A DNA stretch of 49,972 nt, counting the filler, from Sphacelaria rigidula (taxonomy: Eukaryota): the NCBI GenBank assembly GCA_964200075.2. It is 3 parts of 3 records of this genome, joined end to end, with 100 filler letters (N's around TTAATTAATTAA, not from the genome) between each part and the next. Parts side by side here need not be neighbours in the genome. Positions count along the whole stretch, not along the records: positions 16,694 to 33,284 come from CAXNAA020001307.1; positions 33,385 to 49,972 come from CAXNAA020001308.1; 1 more part is not named here. The stretch is one strand, 5' to 3'. Every line of letters starts with the position of its first letter. Position 1 is the first letter of the stretch. The notes below the pieces were generated by a model that saw only the letters and a program-made list of their open reading frames with translations, ran no database searches and had not been told where the DNA came from. The position numbers and the translations under genes are program-made. Below, in pieces: positions 22,091-34,179 of this stretch.

Positions 22091-23147
22091 AGCACCCCAA
22101 GGGGTGGGGTGTGGCTCCAACCCCACCTCCTGGGGTATCGAGTGTGTGGACTTGTCACAATTGACCGAACAAGCTCAACGCAATGGTCTGCACTAGAACC
22201 ATGTGTATATAGAAATAGGGCAATACTCGCTTTATGCATGTTCATGCTCGCGAAGTATGAACGATGTTCGACAAGTGCCGTACCAACCGTTTGGAGTTTC
22301 CTCCAAGAATACAAGACTTCCAGTAGACCCTCTCTCCATGTATGTGTGCGTTATGATGGTCGATGCGTATGATCTTGTCATGTGCCATTATGTTTTTCAC
22401 CCAGTGTGGAATGATCATGTGTCCCCTCAAATTCAATTTTTCTTGTTTTTTCAGTCGATTCTCGACTCTGCGTGCGTATCGAGGTGTTCAAGCTCGCAAC
22501 AATATTCGTCTTCGAATATGTATGTTGTAAGTATGCGGTGTTATGGTTCATGGGAATTTGTTTTCGAATCCACCAGGGTGAGCGATCTGGGTCTCACAGA
22601 ATCTTTACACGTGAAGATGATGCCGGTTCAACGAATGGTGGTGAAGGGGCTGATGTCCACCAACAATCACGTGCTGCCTTATCCAGCCAATTTGCACGAG
22701 TCTCTCGATCGGCCACCCGACTTCAAGTCTGCGAATGCCGCGGTCAAGCTAAGTGATGGAAACGTAGAAAACAGTACGCTGGGAAATAGGATGCTGAAAT
22801 CGTTCACAACTTCCGCCCTCTATTCCCCTTATAATGCGTCCGATCTAAGCCTAGGTGGTATCGAATCCAAGTACTTTGGAAGTTCCAGCAGAAGACGCAC
22901 TTACTATCACGAGTGGGCTTGTACCCGTCGCCTTTTCGATGGTGCAAAGGCGCAAAGATCCTGCCTTTCAGGCACCCCTCTTTTGATAGTCCCACACGCG
23001 CACGTACGAGAACAGTCCCTGCGCAATTTGTTTTCTGTTTTGTTCGATTAATTGCTGTTGGTGTGAAGACCAGGCCAAACATGGTGTTTGCTCTTCCGCA
23101 ACTGTTTTGCCCGGTCTTTGCCCCTCCTCCCTAACCGGATCTGGTTA

Positions 23148-23445
23148 GACACCTATGAGGCAGTGTGAAAGCCGTTGCTGTCTCTGGAAGTGGCGATACC
23201 ACAGAATAAAGCCACTCTTTGTTGGCCGTCATCCAAATGCAAGATAATCAGTAGCTTCGGGCCGAACAATCTCAACAGGATGCAGCTCACCCTTCACGCG
23301 ACTCGCCGAACACGCCACGGCGCTTGGTGATTCGAGTGCAAGCCTAGTCCGGCGAAAGCCCGGCACGCTCCGTCCCGGCTTTTTAGGGATGCGAGGTCAA
23401 TGGTCTTATGACTGTGGCATGCATGATCATGAGTATACCCAAACC
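23148..23445. repeat. Diverged interspersed repeat with a second copy at 31746-32030
   Basis: GGAAGTGGCGA, GTCATCCA.A.GCAAGATAATCAGTA, AGCTCACCCTTCA.GCGACTCGCC and GCTCCGTCCCGGCT occur in the same order in both places. Confidence 0.8.
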
Positions 23446-23904
23446 GGATCGGAAGTCCTGCGTGGCATTTGTTTTTTTTCCCGTAGCAGGCCTGCCCCTT
23501 TCCCGCATTGCACCCCGCGATTGTGTTTTGTCGAAATGCGAGGTTACTTCCCGCACACACGGTATTGGTGTTGGTAAATAGCTGCCGTTTCCTCGTCGTC
23601 TCACATGGCGTAGGGAATGCCCAACCTACGTATTTTCAAGATTACCAAATCGCATGCACATCCCATATCTCCATTGTTTAGAGTTGTTATAGACTTGTTC
23701 ATGCATTTTACGTTGTGTTCGGGTTTAGGAGTCATCGGAGGTCGGACGTACGATAGCACTCCCTGCCCTGCTCAATGTTTGGCTTTATTCGTGTCTTACT
23801 CAAGTCTGAAACCTGGATCAAACCCGGGATGTTGTTCTGTTGCCACTGTGTCTCGCGAGAACGCGTGCTCCATCTCCTGTATGGCTGATTCACGCTCCGT
23901 GATT

Positions 23905-24040
23905 TATTGATTGATTGATTGTCGCACTTTAACGGACCCCTCAGGGGTCCAGCCGTGGTTGCATGATAGACGTATCAAAGAAAAAAAGCAAAACTGAAAC
24001 ACTCGCTGAAGAAGAAAAGAAGGAACAGAAAAAAAGTCGA
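23905..24040 (-). mobile_element. Retroposon-like 3' fragment ending AAGTGCGACA(ATCA)n
   Basis: Reverse-complement match to 45100-45232. Confidence 0.7.
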
Positions 24041-25059
24041 ACAGAACGACAGAGAAGACGTGGTAAATAATAATAATAAAAAAGTCAACAAAAGCAAGGC
24101 ACAGAAAGATATGGCCAACCTGAAAAAAAATGACCTTGCTCTATCTACATTATTTATACCGAACTGAACATGGCAGAATAAAAATTGGCAAGACCCCCCA
24201 GCATCTTCCCTTGTCTTCTTTTTTTTGCCCCGCTAAGTAATTGCTGACTTTCATGCATCCCTCCCCCCAGGTCGTGGGTGGGTTCGTATGTTGTGCTTTT
24301 CTTTTGATGCCTACCATATTCGCACACATGGTTGTCCCTTCGAGATACAAGGATAGAACCCTGCGATTCTTGTCGCTACGCTTGGTGACTCCGGTCCCTG
24401 AGTTTGGCTCCCTTCCTGTTTGGCTTCGCGTCTTGAGTGGATCAATCGGCCCTGCCTCCAGTAGTCCGAATAGTCGCACACGGCATCGGCACTTGGGAGC
24501 TAGGCATTTTTTATAATATCATTCCCTGTATTCGTTTTCTTCTTTGTATTTATTTGGTACTGCGTCTGCGTGAAATTTTCTCGATCCAATTTTATTTTTG
24601 AGTCTCTGTTGCCCTATTGTGGGCTAGTCTTCTTGTGACCACGGAAGATGTTCGCATCAGATGCCCAGTAAAGAGTATACTGCACAGATATCAGAATGAT
24701 TTTCAATGCGAAGACAACAACAGCAGCAATTCGAAGGAAATGGTGAGGAGATCTCGTACGATTTGCGTTTTTAAATGGGGAGGCTCTGATCTATCGTATT
24801 GACGTACAATAGCACCCCCGTCCGGCCTTCCCAGTGAAGGAGATCGGACACGCGCCACACATAATGCCTTCAAGTAGAAGCGTGCATTGAGCGGTTTCTT
24901 TTGAAACTCTCCAAGAAAAAAAAAACAAGAAGAGCTAGCAATAAACGATGAGAAAGTCGTGAGGGAAATAGAAGAGAGAAGCCGCCCCGACTTGGTCGGG
25001 GTGCGGTAAAACAAAGAATCAGATATGGCAACACAGCAAATGAGCTACAGTACCCCACG

Positions 25060-25530
25060 TTTAAAGTGGGAAATTTGGTGACTTCTTCGTATTTGGCGAT
25101 ATTCTTAGGTTAATTCGCTTGCCACCGCTCATGGCATTGGGGACCTGACAATACCACCAGTATCCACTCCACATCCCAAGAAAAAAAGGGTATGTACTCA
25201 ATATTTAGTGACTTGCGGGCTGACAGTTCAACGGGGGTCCTGCCACTTTTCAGCTCAGATTCTGACTCTTCGGTATTTTCGGTCGATTGAGCCTGTCCCG
25301 ATCGTGTTCCTGGAAAATGAAAAAGCTCGTATTTTTTAATTCCACCTAAACTCAGTGTACTAGAGACCAATAACTGTGTCTCACGGTCAACAACACCCTC
25401 CTGACAAACGGCGTTGAAAAGGCTTGTTTTCAAAATTCCATCTACTTCTTGTACCAGAGCCAAATAACTGTGTTTCACGCTCAGTAACACCCTCCTGATA
25501 AACGGGGTATCTACTCGTATCGCCCGATAG
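25060..25530 (-). repeat. Interspersed repeat family with copies at 47500-47900 and 48540-48950
   Basis: GATACGAGTAGATACCCCGTTTATCAGGAGGGTGTTA and GGCAGGACCCC...GCCCGCAAGTC...AATATTGAGT are shared. Confidence 0.8.
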
Positions 25531-25699
25531 CATCGACTAGCACTATCTTGGGCACTGGGGGGGCGAGCGATCTGTTCTTTGTACCGAAATCTATCGACGC
25601 TAGTAAACTCAAGTAAGTGTAATCGAAGAGCATACGCGAGAAAATCTCAAACTAGGTCGTGCCCATTTTGAACTTGGGGCACTATATACGAATACAACA

Positions 25700-26177
25700 G
25701 CCGATCATCGAGATCGAAGATAGAGCTTTTCATTGAGAATGAAGACCCGGAGGATTATAATCTTCGTATCCACACCAGATGTTCGAAATATGGCTCCATT
25801 CCTTCACCTACTGGTATGTCTTTTGACAAGTACTAAACGTCATACGAATTTGGATTTCGATAACCAAAATGTTGGGGTGCTACGAGTATAATAATATATA
25901 TATGTGAAAAACCAATTTCGGGGAATTTCGGTGATGCGATGGGATCACCTATTATACCCCCAATATTATTTCTCCATCTAGGACCCCGGCATTTCAAACC
26001 TTTCGGTTGTCGAAATTCAAATTTGGAGGGCGCGTAGCAGTTGCCAATAGCAACCAGTAAGTGAAGGAGTGGAACCATGTTTCGAAGATTTGGTGGGGAT
26101 ACGAAGATTTTAATCCTCCGGGTTCTCATCCTCAATGAAGAGCTCCATCCATCCTCAATTCCGATGATCGATCGGCT
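25700..26177. mobile_element. Foldback/MITE with ~120-bp imperfect terminal inverted repeats
   Basis: AGCCGATC...ACCCGGAGGATTATAATCTTCGTATCC...CCTTCACCTACTGGT is mirrored by ACCAGTAAGTGAAGG...GGATACGAAGATTTTAATCCTCCGGGT...GATCGGCT. Confidence 0.8.
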
Positions 26178-26529
26178 ATGATACTAAGCGGGGATCAAAC
26201 AACACCTCCAGGTACCCACGGGGAACAAGGAAAATTCACCAACGTTAAGGAAGCCGGCAGATGCAAAAGCGAGTGCATGTGTGTGTGTGTGTGTGTGTGT
26301 TGTCGTCCCATTTATTCTGGGCACCAGTCTACATACGACGTAATAATGATGGGTTGCTCGCTATACGTTCCGAAGACCTCCCAACACTGATGGAACTCGA
26401 CTGGTAACACAGCAACATGTTCCTCTGCATGGCGCACGTTTCTCCAATCTGTCATGTATCTTGGCTCCTTATTGTGCGACTTGGTACCAACTGGAGGTAT
26501 CTTGGGCGATCTACTACCTATCATGATAT

Positions 26530-26630
26530 GCGGCGAGGGGAGCAGGTCATATGTTGAATCGCAGCATCGCCTCCTCTTTAAATTATTCATGATCCAGAAG
26601 ATGGACTCTTCCTCGCGGCCTGGGGGTTAA
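26530..26630 (+). mobile_element. Diverged copy of the ~100-bp piggyBac-like MITE
   Basis: GGTCATATGTTGAATCG..GCATC...CATGATCCAGA...CCTCGCGGCCTGGGGGTTAA. Confidence 0.6.
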
Positions 26631-27047
26631 GCCATATCTCTCTCTACCATGTGTTACGGACAACGGCTTCTCCCAGCTTTGAACTCAACCATTGCCTTCA
26701 CACAAACCTCACTCTATGGATCTGTATTCATTGTATGATGCTGTGTGTCCTGTTTGTATTGGAGTAGCTGCAACACTACGGGCTGGATTGTTGCTGTCAG
26801 GTACTGTAATGTGATATAATCAATAGTATAATAGCTGCAACAGCTCGATCGCACAGCGGTCCGAGTTAGTTTCTAAAACAGATTCCGCATTCCTCATGTC
26901 ATACTACAATTTGACACAAAAAATTCAACATGACAGGTGAAGCCGACGACCCCGCCAGCTCAGCCAAGGTCGACCTCAATCTTTTTTGTGAGACCAGCTG
27001 TTGCTTAGATATCTGGCGCCTAACTGCGAGGGTGACCCCGAGAGGAT

Positions 27048-27329
27048 ATGAAGCAGATAATTATGTTGTCAGTAGTAGGCGTGGTGGTTGTGGGGGTGTC
27101 AACGCCCGCGCAGGGGTTCGTTGGGTCGGCGGCGAGTACGAAACCTAAGCCTTGGATATATCAACCTGCAATGCCTGCAACTGCTGTCGTGGGCATCTCG
27201 TCAGCGGCCACAGTAGGTGCTCGAGCAATTCGGTACCGGCGGAATATCGCAAGAATGGCGACAGTGGAGAGGATCGGCAACGAGGGAAGTGTTTCTGAAT
27301 TAACTTTCGACGCCGAGTCGTGGAAGAAG
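27048..27329 (+). CDS. Exon 1 of a plastid-targeted carotenoid cleavage oxygenase (RPE65/ACO/CCD family)
   Basis: Signal peptide MKQIIMLSVVGVVVVGVSTPAQG|FVG (ASAF-type), then an Ala/Ser/Arg-rich transit peptide, then FDAESWKK and a phase-0 GTGAGT donor. Confidence 0.85.
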
Positions 27330-27649
27330 GTGAGTTATAGTTGTGATGTTACGTTCGAAGGGAGGGGTGGTATGTACTTGGCGTGGCAAGCACAGGATAT
27401 TTTCTAATTATATACCAATGATGACAGTACATCACCGAAGTTATATGAATCTTTGAAGGGCTGCGCCTGCTTAGAGTCACGTTTTTGAACACCCCCCCCC
27501 GTAACGAGAGGCTTTGTGGAGTCGATAGAATCGGTCATGCAAGTAACGACAAAAAATCCGGCACCCCATTCGTATAGGATTATCCTTTTCATGAAATTGT
27601 AGAAGAAGTCGGTTTCTGTGTTCTACCTACCACAGCACACATCACTTAA

Positions 27650-28548
27650 CCCTTAGACAGCGACCCCCCCCGCTGGTAGACGGAGGTAGACACTCCACGG
27701 TTTGGGTTCAGAATTATCCCGTTGCCGCAACTCAAAACGCCTACTCCACGGCGGAAGGGACCGGGAGTGTGTAAGAGGCACATAGTTGTGAGAGTCATAA
27801 GATAGACGGTGGTGTGGTTGTCAACCGCCTGATTATTACGCCTCATATCATTGCTGTGCAGTCTGTAGTGTATCGTGCCGCGGCTGCACGTAGTCTGCAG
27901 CGTACTGGATCTTACAACAGTGTTGCACGTGCCGCGTGTGCGCAGTGTGCCTTTGGATATCGCACCATGACTACCGCCACGAACGCCCCTGACTACCGTA
28001 GAGCAATTGCTCGACGATGGCGGTCGCCTCACCATCGAAGTACTTGTCTACATCTACGTGTGTAGGATACTCGTGGCCGCCGCTCGCGTTTTGCGCCATC
28101 ACGTTTGATACCAGATGGAGGTGTGGAGCTAGTAGGACGCTCAGGCAGTACTGAACAGACAGACACAACAGTGTGCCGAAAATGCTCAAACACCTGATTT
28201 TTGGTAATATAATCTATGGTTCATTTGGGATGATCGAAATGAGATCTTAGGGTAGACGGCGAATGTGTCTACCACGTGTCCACCTCTACCGTAACAAAAG
28301 TGCTCATTTTGACGACTGTGATTGGTCAGAGTGGTCATCCCGCGCCTCTCGGGCTTCGTGCACGGATCATCATTTTCCGCGAGAAACTTCCAAACACGCA
28401 TGGTTGACTCTGTGAGCTACTCCGATGCTCCGCGGAGAGACACCCCCCGCCTCAAAAACCACCCACTCCCCGAGCCATGGAAACCCCCGGATGTCTCGTG
28501 ACTGCCAGCCTTTGCAACTATTCCGAGGCGACGCTCGTCGTCTAAGGG
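27650..28548. mobile_element. Non-autonomous piggyBac-like element (899 bp) in intron 1 of the oxygenase gene
   Basis: TTAA|CCCTTAGACAGCGA ... TCGTCGTCTAAGGG|TTAA: TTAA duplication, CCC/GGG termini, 12/14 TIR match; no transposase ORF seen. Confidence 0.85.
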
Positions 28549-28792
28549 TTAACTACATACTGTGCAGGGATTGGTTTGTTTTGTTTTGAGGTGGTGCGCA
28601 CTTATGCCGCCGGTGCTCCGCCCCCTCTCCGCTGATCTCTCTTGCGAGTGAGTGTCCACCTGCTCGAGATGACTGCGGTTCACGCGATACCTTCGCTGCG
28701 CGCCGGCGTCTCCTACATCCTTATTTCTGCACGGTGGCGTGCACGTCGGCCGAAAAACGCGGCGGAACTACCAAGTAGGATATGTTGGTGTA

Positions 28793-29260
28793 CGAGCTGG
28801 TCCAACCTGGAAACGGATTTAGGGTCTCACAGCCGTATGTCATCGACACAGACGAATTTCGGCATGATTCGCATATCTCATCAATCATCTGATCAAGAGG
28901 AAGATGCCTATCTGCTCAAAAGGCGGGGCCAATCGTTTCTCCTTGACCAAACGCCGTGTCGAGTAATTCCCATACCGTACTGTACGAAGATCGGGTACAT
29001 ACTCAAGTCTTCGTGAAACCCTCGAACAAAAGACACAGCAGACGATGACGATTTTTGCTTTGGACATCCCCTGGAGCACAGGGAAACGATCGATACCCTC
29101 ATCTTCACCTATTTCATAATCTGGAGATATTGCGCACATAATATACTATACTAAAATCAATATATTGTGGGCAAGGGCACTAAATGCACCAAATCGCCCG
29201 TTCTCACCTCAATCTTTAGAGTTGGACTTTCAATTTGGTGAGGAGAAATGCAAGGGCATA
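28793..29260 (+). mobile_element. Truncated Tc1/mariner-like non-autonomous element
   Basis: TA|CGAGCTGGTCCAACCTGGA terminus plus internal segments shared with 2340-2560, 15060-15280 and 14345-14420. Confidence 0.6.
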
Positions 29261-30859
29261 TTAACCCTTTTGGGACCGGACTTCCCACAATGATATATTT
29301 GTGGCTTTTTTCCCCACTTTCCCCTCACAATCGTGTGTTAGTGGCAGGTGTCCATTAGTTTTGTTTTCAGTCGAAATGATGCCAATCCACAAAAAGGTGT
29401 GATGGTTCTTGAGAATCCTCTGGATTGTGTGGAATCAGTTGATAAAATGGAAGTGTTCAATTTTACAACCGCTGTCAACGTCGGTATTACGGTGATCGTA
29501 CAGACAGTCAGTACAGTAGAGCAACGGAAGCTAGCCATGACCGGGTTCGTCTGGCGTACTGCCGCCAACGTTGCTTGAAAGCCATTCTTAGGCAAGACCT
29601 TTGCGGTCGGCGGTTGATGGCGCGGGTCTCAAATGCAACGACAAGTGGTTCATCGCAGAGCACTCTTACTCCTCGTGGAACAGATCTCGCCCCAGCTTGC
29701 AATGAATGACCTCCTCACATGAAAATTCTCGAAAGATACCGACACACACGCAGCGGGTGGGTGCTCCAGATTACAGCATAGAGGCACCCCCATGCGTCAC
29801 GCCAGCAACAGTTAGGTCACCACCATAGGTATCTTTTTTTCACTCCGCATGACAAGAAGGTCTCCACAAGCGTTGGAACTCTCATACATCCCCCAACTGG
29901 CGTGTGGCACGCTCTTATCCTCGTCGCGCACGCACAGGCACACATGTCGGGTAAATCAACGATGAACAACAACACCCCTAGCTCCCAAGGTGCGATTGGA
30001 TCTGTTATTGCCGCAACACCATCCTTGCTGGCATGTGTGTGACAGAGAACGGTAGCGGTCACGAGAACATCACCCTGCTTTTCAACGACATGTTCTGCAG
30101 CGCTCAGAGGCGCGTCCTGTCCAAAAAGAGAAGCAGAGAGGAATCGATCTTTGCATCGGCAAGCTCCACAGACAAGAAGGGACGACACCCCTCGGCACCT
30201 CGATATTCTTTGGGGGGCTGTGCAGCAATAACCTGCCTACCGGCACATGGGAAATTGGGTACATGCTGGTAACATGAACATTATGCCAATCTCTCGAGCG
30301 ATTGGGAATCACCGAGCGAGGACAAACAAAGAACACGGGCGAGGAGCTTCTTCTCTGCCGTTACTCCTCCGGTGGTATCGTCATCGACACGCGTGTACAT
30401 CGCAATCGTTCGGTGCACGTAGCCACAGCTGCTTAACTGCTAGAGATTTTAGGGTGGGAGATGTTTTCCCTTGGTGTAAGTGTTTCGCGCTTGGCCTATA
30501 ATTTAGTTATGCCGCTTGAACCTTATTTTAGAGTTGAAACCCATTTTTTAGGATCGGCTGTGAAGCCGTCTACCCGGGAAATAGGGGTTTATCCCTGAGA
30601 CCACGGACTCGTTCGGAGCAAGGGGAGGGGTTCAAAGTGCGACAATAAAAAGAGAGTCAACGCACTGATGGCCGGCGTATATTTACCTGTACAGGCAAGG
30701 TTTGAGAACCTCTCTGTGAAAAGAAACAACAGTTTCACCACAAATCGCCGTGCGTTTGTACAGACCCGCCGGTCGCATCAGCAGCATTTTTGAACCCACA
30801 CTCACAGAGCCGACACCCACGCGCACGCACAGCACACGGCACGCACGCACACGCACAAC

Positions 30860-30990
30860 CCCACCGCGCCCCTGTGGTCAAAGTGATACAGGAGACCCCA
30901 GCTACGGACGTCATGAGTTCGAGTCCCGACAGATATTCCTACCCCCGCAGAGTATGGTTCTGTTATTGAAGTCATGTATAATGCAGTGCA
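30860..30990 (+). mobile_element. tRNA-headed SINE-like element, family C
   Basis: GCGCCCCTGTGGTCAAAGTGATACAGGAGAC...GAGTTCGAGTCCCGACAGAT...GTCATGTATAATGCAGTGCATTT matches 13495-13620. Confidence 0.6.
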
Positions 30991-32473
30991 TTTTTTGGGC
31001 TAAAGACAAAAGTGAGTACATTACCTATTTCAGCCCAAACGAATCGTGCAAGTTGGAGCTGTCCGTGCTAGGCCCGAACCACTCGAAAATCGATCCCGAC
31101 GCAAAGGCAAGGCACCCACAGCCAATGTAAAGCACGTACGCCAAGTTTTCGTGGAGAAAAAGCGCAAGTTAGGGCCGAATAGCACCGCGGGAAACAAAGA
31201 CCTCGCAGAGTACCCTATTTTGTCCGATAATGGAGTACACGTCTTTTGCCCATTTTTTGTTCATTTTTTCATCTTTCGCGGGAGAGAGCGCATCAGCAAG
31301 TTGGTACACATTTCGCAGCGACATACCTACGTCGGGATGATTCGGAAAATTGAAAACGTTGTTGTGTGCCCGCGGCATCCACGTTGCTTTAGGCTGTCCC
31401 AGCTTGTACTCGTGGTATATTTTAGCCACGCCCAGACTGGCCGCATAGTGTGACTGCGACAATCCGACCGCATCGAGCAAACATGCACGAGTGTATGTGC
31501 AGACTTTTTTCCTTCCCACGTTGTTGGGCGTACTTTTCCCCCAGGGTTGGCTTCAGTTTGCGACGACGCTGTAAAACATGCCACTCACTGCGTAAGCCAA
31601 GCAACCAGGTTACTGGGAGTTCCTCCGCTTGCGTTTGTTTTTTGCAGTAACCATAATGGTGGTCGAGCTAGATCATATTGGGCGAGGTAGAGAACCCGAA
31701 TTCCGCGCGAAGGGGACGATCGTACTTCGTAGTGTTTATATCGTGAGACACCCATGAGGCGGCATGTAACCCGTGGATGTCTCGGGAAGTGGCGAAACCA
31801 GAAGTTGAAGAGACTCATCGTAGGCTGTCATCCATACGCAAGATAATCAGTACGGTTCGGACCCAACAATATTAGCTGAATGTAGCTCACCCTTCATGCG
31901 ACTCGCCAAACATACCACCGCGCTTCGCGCTTGGTGATTGCGAGCCTGACCCGGCGTGCTCCGTCCCGGCTCTGAAGGGATTCGAGGTCAATGGTCTCAT
32001 GACCACAGCATGCACTATCATGAGTACATCCACCTGTCGTTAGACTCTAATCGATCTTTTGGTCAGCCCCCGTTTTCACGCTTGTCAGAACCGAAGCCAA
32101 CACAACTATCCCCTCTCTCTCTGGATCCGAACCCACACCGTACTCTGCGAAAAGTCTCCGACCACTTACTGGAGCAGTTTGACCACCGGGGCGCGGGGGC
32201 TATCGACCTAAGCACACATGCAGGAATGAATTGTTTGAGTGGGAAATGGAGAATAGTCCCATTGTTTTTACTCCTTGTTTAATGAACAAAATGAGGTGCG
32301 CTTCAGGACTGTCTCATCATGGTCGCAGTGGTCCTTTTTTGCTCGCGGTCAGAGATGTATGTTCCTGGGCGATACGTATTCACCTGAGGGAATTCATCCA
32401 TGTGTGTCTCTGCCGCGCGGGCGCACGTGTGCGTGAATATCTGTGCATGTGTGTGTTGGCTCTTGTTTTCCAG

Positions 32474-32584
32474 GGCTACTCAAGCGCGGGACCTGAGGAT
32501 CAGTACCTCATGAAGCCGAGCATGGGGACCATCCCGAAGGACATCGAGGGCACTCTTTACCAGAACTGTCCGGCAAAGTACAAG
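32474..32584 (+). CDS. Exon 2 of the carotenoid cleavage oxygenase
   Basis: TTTTCCAG|GGC...AAG|GTATAC, 111 nt in phase 0: GYSSAGPEDQYLMKPSMGTIPKDIEGTLYQNCPAKYK. Spliced to exon 1 it gives W..GY.S...E..Y......G.IP.D..GTLY.N.P, the N-terminus of ACO-type enzymes. Confidence 0.88.
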
Positions 32585-33284
32585 GTATACTATATTTCAT
32601 ACAGTACACATGCGTGTAAGAAAAGGGTTTTTTGTTGTTCATCGTTTAACTTTACGTTTATAATCAGATCCGCCGCAGGAAATAGTTGGACCAAATCCAG
32701 ATAATTTTGGACACTTCTCCGTGCTAGTGCAAGGCGCTCCCCCCCCCCCTCCCCCCTCTCCGGAATCTTTGGCACGGGTACTGGACACATTTGCCGCGAA
32801 ATGTCGATACGCCGCACGAGTAAAGAGCGCAGCATCTCTGTGCTGTCTGGCTGCAGTACAGGATACGACAGCAGCAGAGCCGGAAAAAACATCAAATTCG
32901 TGCAGCGTCTTTCAGACGTCGGCAGTGGATAATGTTTTTTCCTGCATGGTTCGACAGCCAGTAGGGCTCTCATGTACTACAGTACTACGACAGACGAGTG
33001 TGGAACGAAAGCACACGGGGCCAGGCAGTGGATCTGGTGATTGACAGGGCACCATCAACCTACCAAAGGCAGCATTCAACAGCATGCAGCCAGCATCGAA
33101 CGGGTCCAGTCAACAATGGTTATGTTGATACACTTGTTTCTTTTATCTTTTTCTGTCCATTTTTTTCTGCTCCCTTTTTTTCTGTTCCATTTTTTCCCCC
33201 TTATGTTTGTTGAGGTTTCGGTTTTTTGTCGTTTTACTTTTTTTTTTCTCCTTCCCGTTTCTCGCATTTAGTTTGTAATAGCAC

Positions 33285-33384
33285 NNNNNNNNNNNNNNNN
33301 NNNNNNNNNNNNNNNNNNNNNNNNNNNNTTAATTAATTAANNNNNNNNNNNNNNNNNNNNNNNNNNNNNNNNNNNNNNNNNNNN
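33285..33384. other. Artificial contig spacer (44 N + TTAATTAATTAA + 44 N)
   Basis: Identical to 16594-16693. Confidence 0.98.
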
Positions 33385-33764
33385 TGATCCAGAAAGACTA
33401 ATCTCGCGGTCTAAGGGTTAAGAGCTGACGGGCAACCAATTGGAACGACAAAATGAAATAAATAAATGACGGAGAACTCCAGAATCCCTTTCACCATCAC
33501 AGCGCGTGCTCACTTTTCCTGTTACGGTATAACATCGCCATAAGGCACTCATGATCCCAACTTCATGGTACTCGCCTTTGTAACTTGACCCTTTGACCGC
33601 GACGGTACTAGGTGATGTGAGGAATCCCAAACATTTACACCTGAAAAATGAGGTCAATTATGACGATTCTACTGATTGGCCAGCCTTTCAACCCAAGGGT
33701 TGACAAGCGTCCAGCCCAAAAACTGTCATTCGCGTCATCATCTACGAAAATACCGGGGGCGTTC

Positions 33765-33968
33765 AAAGCTTTCTCCGCGAGGATAGTTCATCTAGATCAT
33801 GGACAGTTTTCTTGACCGTTTGACCGCGATAGTATGTCACCTGCCAAATTGGCATCAATTTCCCTTGAAAAAATTATGCGTGATACAGATAGACTACCCC
33901 CATCGGGGTCTAAGGCTTTACCCTTAGACCGCGAGGGTAGGTCATCTGTTGAATCGGCATCAATGTTC
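33765..33968. mobile_element. Cluster of ~100-bp piggyBac-like MITE copies
   Basis: GACCGCGA...TTGGCATCAATTTC...GGTCTAAGG followed by CCCTTAGACCGCGAGGGTAGGTCATCTGTTGAATCGGCATC. Confidence 0.7.
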
Positions 33969-34179
33969 CAAGGGCAGGTCGAGCAGAGTATACTCAATTA
34001 CGGGGTATTTTAAAATACGCACTTGAGTTACTCGTACTCGAATGAGGATAGACTGTTGGGAGTCGTATCCAAAAAACAACTGGAAAGCGTTCCCTCAAAC
34101 CTTACCCCCAATTTGTGTACATGAAGTAAGACTTTCAAAATACCCCGCAATTGAGTATACTCTGCTCGACCTGCCCTTG
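33969..34179. mobile_element. hAT-like MITE with ~45-bp TIRs nested in a piggyBac-like MITE
   Basis: CAAGGGCAGGTCGAGCAGAGTATACTCAATT(A)CGGGGTATTTT and its inverse at the other end; flanks CAATGTTC / CAACGTTT (6/8 match, degraded 8-bp TSD). Confidence 0.8.

Noticed and set aside
22093-22136. GC-rich hairpin as a Helitron 3' end or terminator
   Set aside because: The stem is real (ACCCCAAGGGGTGGGGT / ACCCCACCTCCTGGGGT) but no CTRR follows at the expected distance and there is no second copy.
29340-30340. Transposase or RT remnant after the TTAA-CCC terminus at 29261
   Set aside because: Coding-like composition but I could not find any diagnostic motif in the frames examined.
11206-32584. Gene cluster linking eboF-like/SDR with the carotenoid oxygenase
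   Set aside because: They are on different contigs joined artificially.
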